IMG/VR virus record: IMGVR_UViG_3300032038_000001
Span: 160,001-224,000 of that record
Strand: one strand, 5' to 3'
From: a virus
Taxonomy: Duplodnaviria; Caudoviricetes
Length of the DNA: 64,000 nt
The position numbers and the translations under genes are program-made. Under the pieces are notes generated by a model, which had not been told where the DNA came from, made no database searches, and worked only from the letters and a program-made list of their open reading frames with translations. Shown here one piece after another: positions 61,702 through 64,000 of the stretch; position 1 is the stretch's first letter; every line of letters starts with the position of its first letter.

Positions 61702-61788
61702 ATAGAAAAATAAAATTTAATTTTTAACTTCAATTTATACATCATATTTAAGATAAAGTATATTTCATATATTTTATATATTTAAATT

Positions 61789-62238
61789 ATGGAGGTTTTA
61801 AAAATGTCAAAAGCTAAGAAAAAGAAGGAAAGTAAGAAGCCGATATCAATTATAAATGAGGTTGATAAGACTTTGAATATGACATACGATGCCATTATGT
61901 CAGAAATTGAAGAGCTTCAGTTGGAACTTTATCTTGCTGAAGAGAAAGCTCGAAAGAAGGCAAGAAAGAAGATAAAGAAAGATCCTTATTATTTTGATAA
62001 CTCTCTTGAACGAATAGAAGCTCGAAAGGAAGTGATTCAGAGAATAGAAGGAACTAATCTTCTTGATAGGATAGAAAATATTTTCAAGGACATATGTCCT
62101 ATTGTAATTATCATAGCAAGATTAATTGCTTCGTTAATTCTTGCTATTTTATCATTTGAACCAGTTAAGGTTCATATTAAACCTGAGACACTTCTAAAGT
62201 TACAGAATGTTTATCAGAGCTCGTTAAGTATAAAATAA
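61789..62238 (+). CDS. hypothetical protein with hydrophobic C-terminal segment
   Basis: GGAGG RBS favours start at 61804; early-like motif 61737-61745. Confidence 0.65.
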   Translation: MEVLKMSKAKKKKESKKPISIINEVDKTLNMTYDAIMSEIEELQLELYLAEEKARKKARKKIKKDPYYFDNSLERIEARKEVIQRIEGTNLLDRIENIFKDICPIVIIIARLIASLILAILSFEPVKVHIKPETLLKLQNVYQSSLSIK

Positions 62239-62252
62239 AGGAATGATAAAAA

Positions 62253-62684
62253 ATGAATAATACTGGAAAAGATAGAGTACTACTTGATATTAAACACCCG
62301 ATATCAAAAATGAACACTTTTGATATTAAGTTGTACAATTACGAGTTGGCTGAGTTTAAGTTAACCAGTGAACAAGAGAAACAATTAATCACTTACGGGC
62401 ATATTCATCTTGAAAATGATGAAAAAATTATAGATATACATCTAAAATTTTTAGATGATAACCTTATGAAAGATGAAAGCCTCGAAGCACTTATTGATAA
62501 TTTTATCTATAATGCATCAGATGAAAAAGAGTTAAACGAGTTCAAAATAAATGGCTACGATTACTGTAAGACTCGAGTCGCAAATAATGGTAGATTAACA
62601 GAAACCGAAGCCAGTAGATATCTTATGGATTTTATGCAGACTGAACAAGTAATATCTCTTGAAATTTGTTATCCAAATGATTAA
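62253..62684 (+). CDS. hypothetical protein, tandem paralogue A
   Basis: shares IHLENDEKI and VANNGRLTETEASRYL with the next ORF. Confidence 0.7.
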   Translation: MNNTGKDRVLLDIKHPISKMNTFDIKLYNYELAEFKLTSEQEKQLITYGHIHLENDEKIIDIHLKFLDDNLMKDESLEALIDNFIYNASDEKELNEFKINGYDYCKTRVANNGRLTETEASRYLMDFMQTEQVISLEICYPND

Positions 62685-62696
62685 GGAAGTGATGAA

Positions 62697-63125
62697 ATGA
62701 ACGAAAAGAAAAGGATTGACTTGACAATTAAACAGCCACTATCCAAACTAGATACTTTTTCATCACTTGATGAATATATACCTGATGAGTTTGAGATAAC
62801 CAACGAGCAATGGAAACAATTACTCACACAAGGGTATATTCATCTTGAAAATGATGAAAAGATTTTGAATATTAAAATCGAAATAATCAGCGATGAACTT
62901 TTTGATGATGAATCAGTAGAGTCATTTATTGATAAATTTATCGAGAATGCATCCAATGATAAGGAATTGATTAAATTCAAAATAAATGGCTGTGATTACT
63001 GTAAGTCTCCAGTCGCAAATAATGGTAGATTAACAGAAACCGAAGCCAGTAGATATCTTATAGACCATATGTCTATTGAAAAGATAAACCTTATAGAGAT
63101 ACAGTATGCAGGAGAAGATTCTTAA
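62697..63125 (+). CDS. hypothetical protein, tandem paralogue B
   Basis: duplicate of 62253..62684. Confidence 0.7.
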   Translation: MNEKKRIDLTIKQPLSKLDTFSSLDEYIPDEFEITNEQWKQLLTQGYIHLENDEKILNIKIEIISDELFDDESVESFIDKFIENASNDKELIKFKINGCDYCKSPVANNGRLTETEASRYLIDHMSIEKINLIEIQYAGEDS

Positions 63126-63582
63126 AATGTACTATGTGGTTGAAAACGGAAAAACAATTATTGCCTTTCATCATGAAAAGCGAGTAGTACAAAAATACTG
63201 TGAACTACTATTACAAAAATATGATGATTTAAATCTCTCTATTAATAAAGAGAAAAATAAAAAATCATATAAACGGATAGAGTTTGATGATTTATATCTA
63301 GTACGGTATAAAGAAACCTTTATCCAAAGAAAGTATATTGAAACTCTTGAATTGTATGATAATGGGTATACAGACGATTTCATTACTGTTAAGGATATTT
63401 TGTTAAGGACTGTTCAAACATATGATATTGGTAAAAAAGATTTAAAGGCAATACACAAAGTCATAATGTTGATGGAAGACTTAGCAAAAGATGAGGGTTC
63501 ATTCACACCTAGTCTAAAAGATCTGAAAGAAATGGAATCGGATATGAACTATTATATATACAATACAAGATATGGGAGGTGA
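63106..63582 (+). CDS. hypothetical protein
   Basis: 158-aa ORF in operon. Confidence 0.65.
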   Translation: MQEKILKMYYVVENGKTIIAFHHEKRVVQKYCELLLQKYDDLNLSINKEKNKKSYKRIEFDDLYLVRYKETFIQRKYIETLELYDNGYTDDFITVKDILLRTVQTYDIGKKDLKAIHKVIMLMEDLAKDEGSFTPSLKDLKEMESDMNYYIYNTRYGR

Positions 63583-63588
63583 TAAATT

Positions 63589-63741
63589 ATGGATATAAAC
63601 AATATCGACATATCTATGTTGCTGGAGGATGGTAAGTTGGATATATGTTCACCAAACTCTACAGGAGTGACATACGATAATATATCAACAACTGATGATA
63701 TATTAAATGCGCTGAAGGATTATATGGAAAATCAATTATGA
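63589..63741 (+). CDS. 50-aa hypothetical protein (not in ORF track)
   Basis: GGAGGTG RBS, MDINNIDISMLLEDG.. Confidence 0.55.
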   Translation: MDINNIDISMLLEDGKLDICSPNSTGVTYDNISTTDDILNALKDYMENQL

Positions 63742-63763
63742 AAAATGAAAGGACGAAAAAACA

Positions 63764-64000
63764 ATGAAAAGACCTATAAAAACAGAAAAGCTTGATAAAT
63801 TAACATACTCAAAAAAGGTTGCGTATGTTAAATTCAATGATGTGATAAACTACTATACACATCATGATGATGCATGCAAGTATGAAGTGTTATCGGAAGA
63901 CGACAGTTGGAATTTTTATACTCCTTCGGGTATAAAACTGCCAGAAGCGAACTCTTTAATTATGACAAAAATACCGTCATATTATCCGATATGTACGAAG
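63764..64000 (+). CDS. hypothetical protein, 3'-partial
   Basis: GAAAGGA RBS, frame open to the window end. Confidence 0.55.
   Translation, partial: MKRPIKTEKLDKLTYSKKVAYVKFNDVINYYTHHDDACKYEVLSEDDSWNFYTPSGIKLPEANSLIMTKIPSYYPICTK

Noticed and set aside
1-64000. Stop-codon reassignment, tRNA or rRNA genes, inteins
   Set aside because: Genes are intact and dense in the standard code; no cloverleaf, rRNA or intein motifs recognised by eye

Overview
AT-rich 64-kb segment of a lytic jumbo myovirus of the phiKZ/AR9 (PBS1)-like group, standard genetic code. The host is probably a Firmicute (strong GAAAGGAG/AGGAGG RBSs, BspA-type LRR gene; inference). It contains the 3' part of a truncated/split family-B DNA polymerase, portal, tail tube and sheath, terminase large subunit, major capsid protein and head proteins, GyrA/GyrB-like topoisomerase, an FtsZ/PhuZ-like tubulin, baseplate-type proteins, a DEDDh exonuclease, a small PolB-like protein, a protein kinase and several paralogue families. 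Two promoter classes are readable: AACA-N6-TA (matches the AR9 late consensus) and ATA(T/C)AT(T/C)AT (early-like). Highlights: (1) a group I intron in terL (12701-11514, minus strand) with an HNH endonuclease in the P1 loop, an internal guide sequence inside the endonuclease's last codons, a 12-bp P10 and apparently no P2 or P9; (2) two stand-alone cassettes of promoter, structured RNA with 7-nt loop complementarity, micro-ORF and terminator (4299-4587, 10867-11114); (3) an adhesin/fibre island bounded by a duplicated copy of the capsid gene 3' end and built from shuffled modules; (4) a promoter-driven G-run/polypurine non-coding transcript near 61.5 kb (candidate R-loop origin); (5) a degenerate terminase paralogue beside terL and a shared N-terminal leader on head cargo proteins. 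All calls are from motif recognition by eye; no searches were run.
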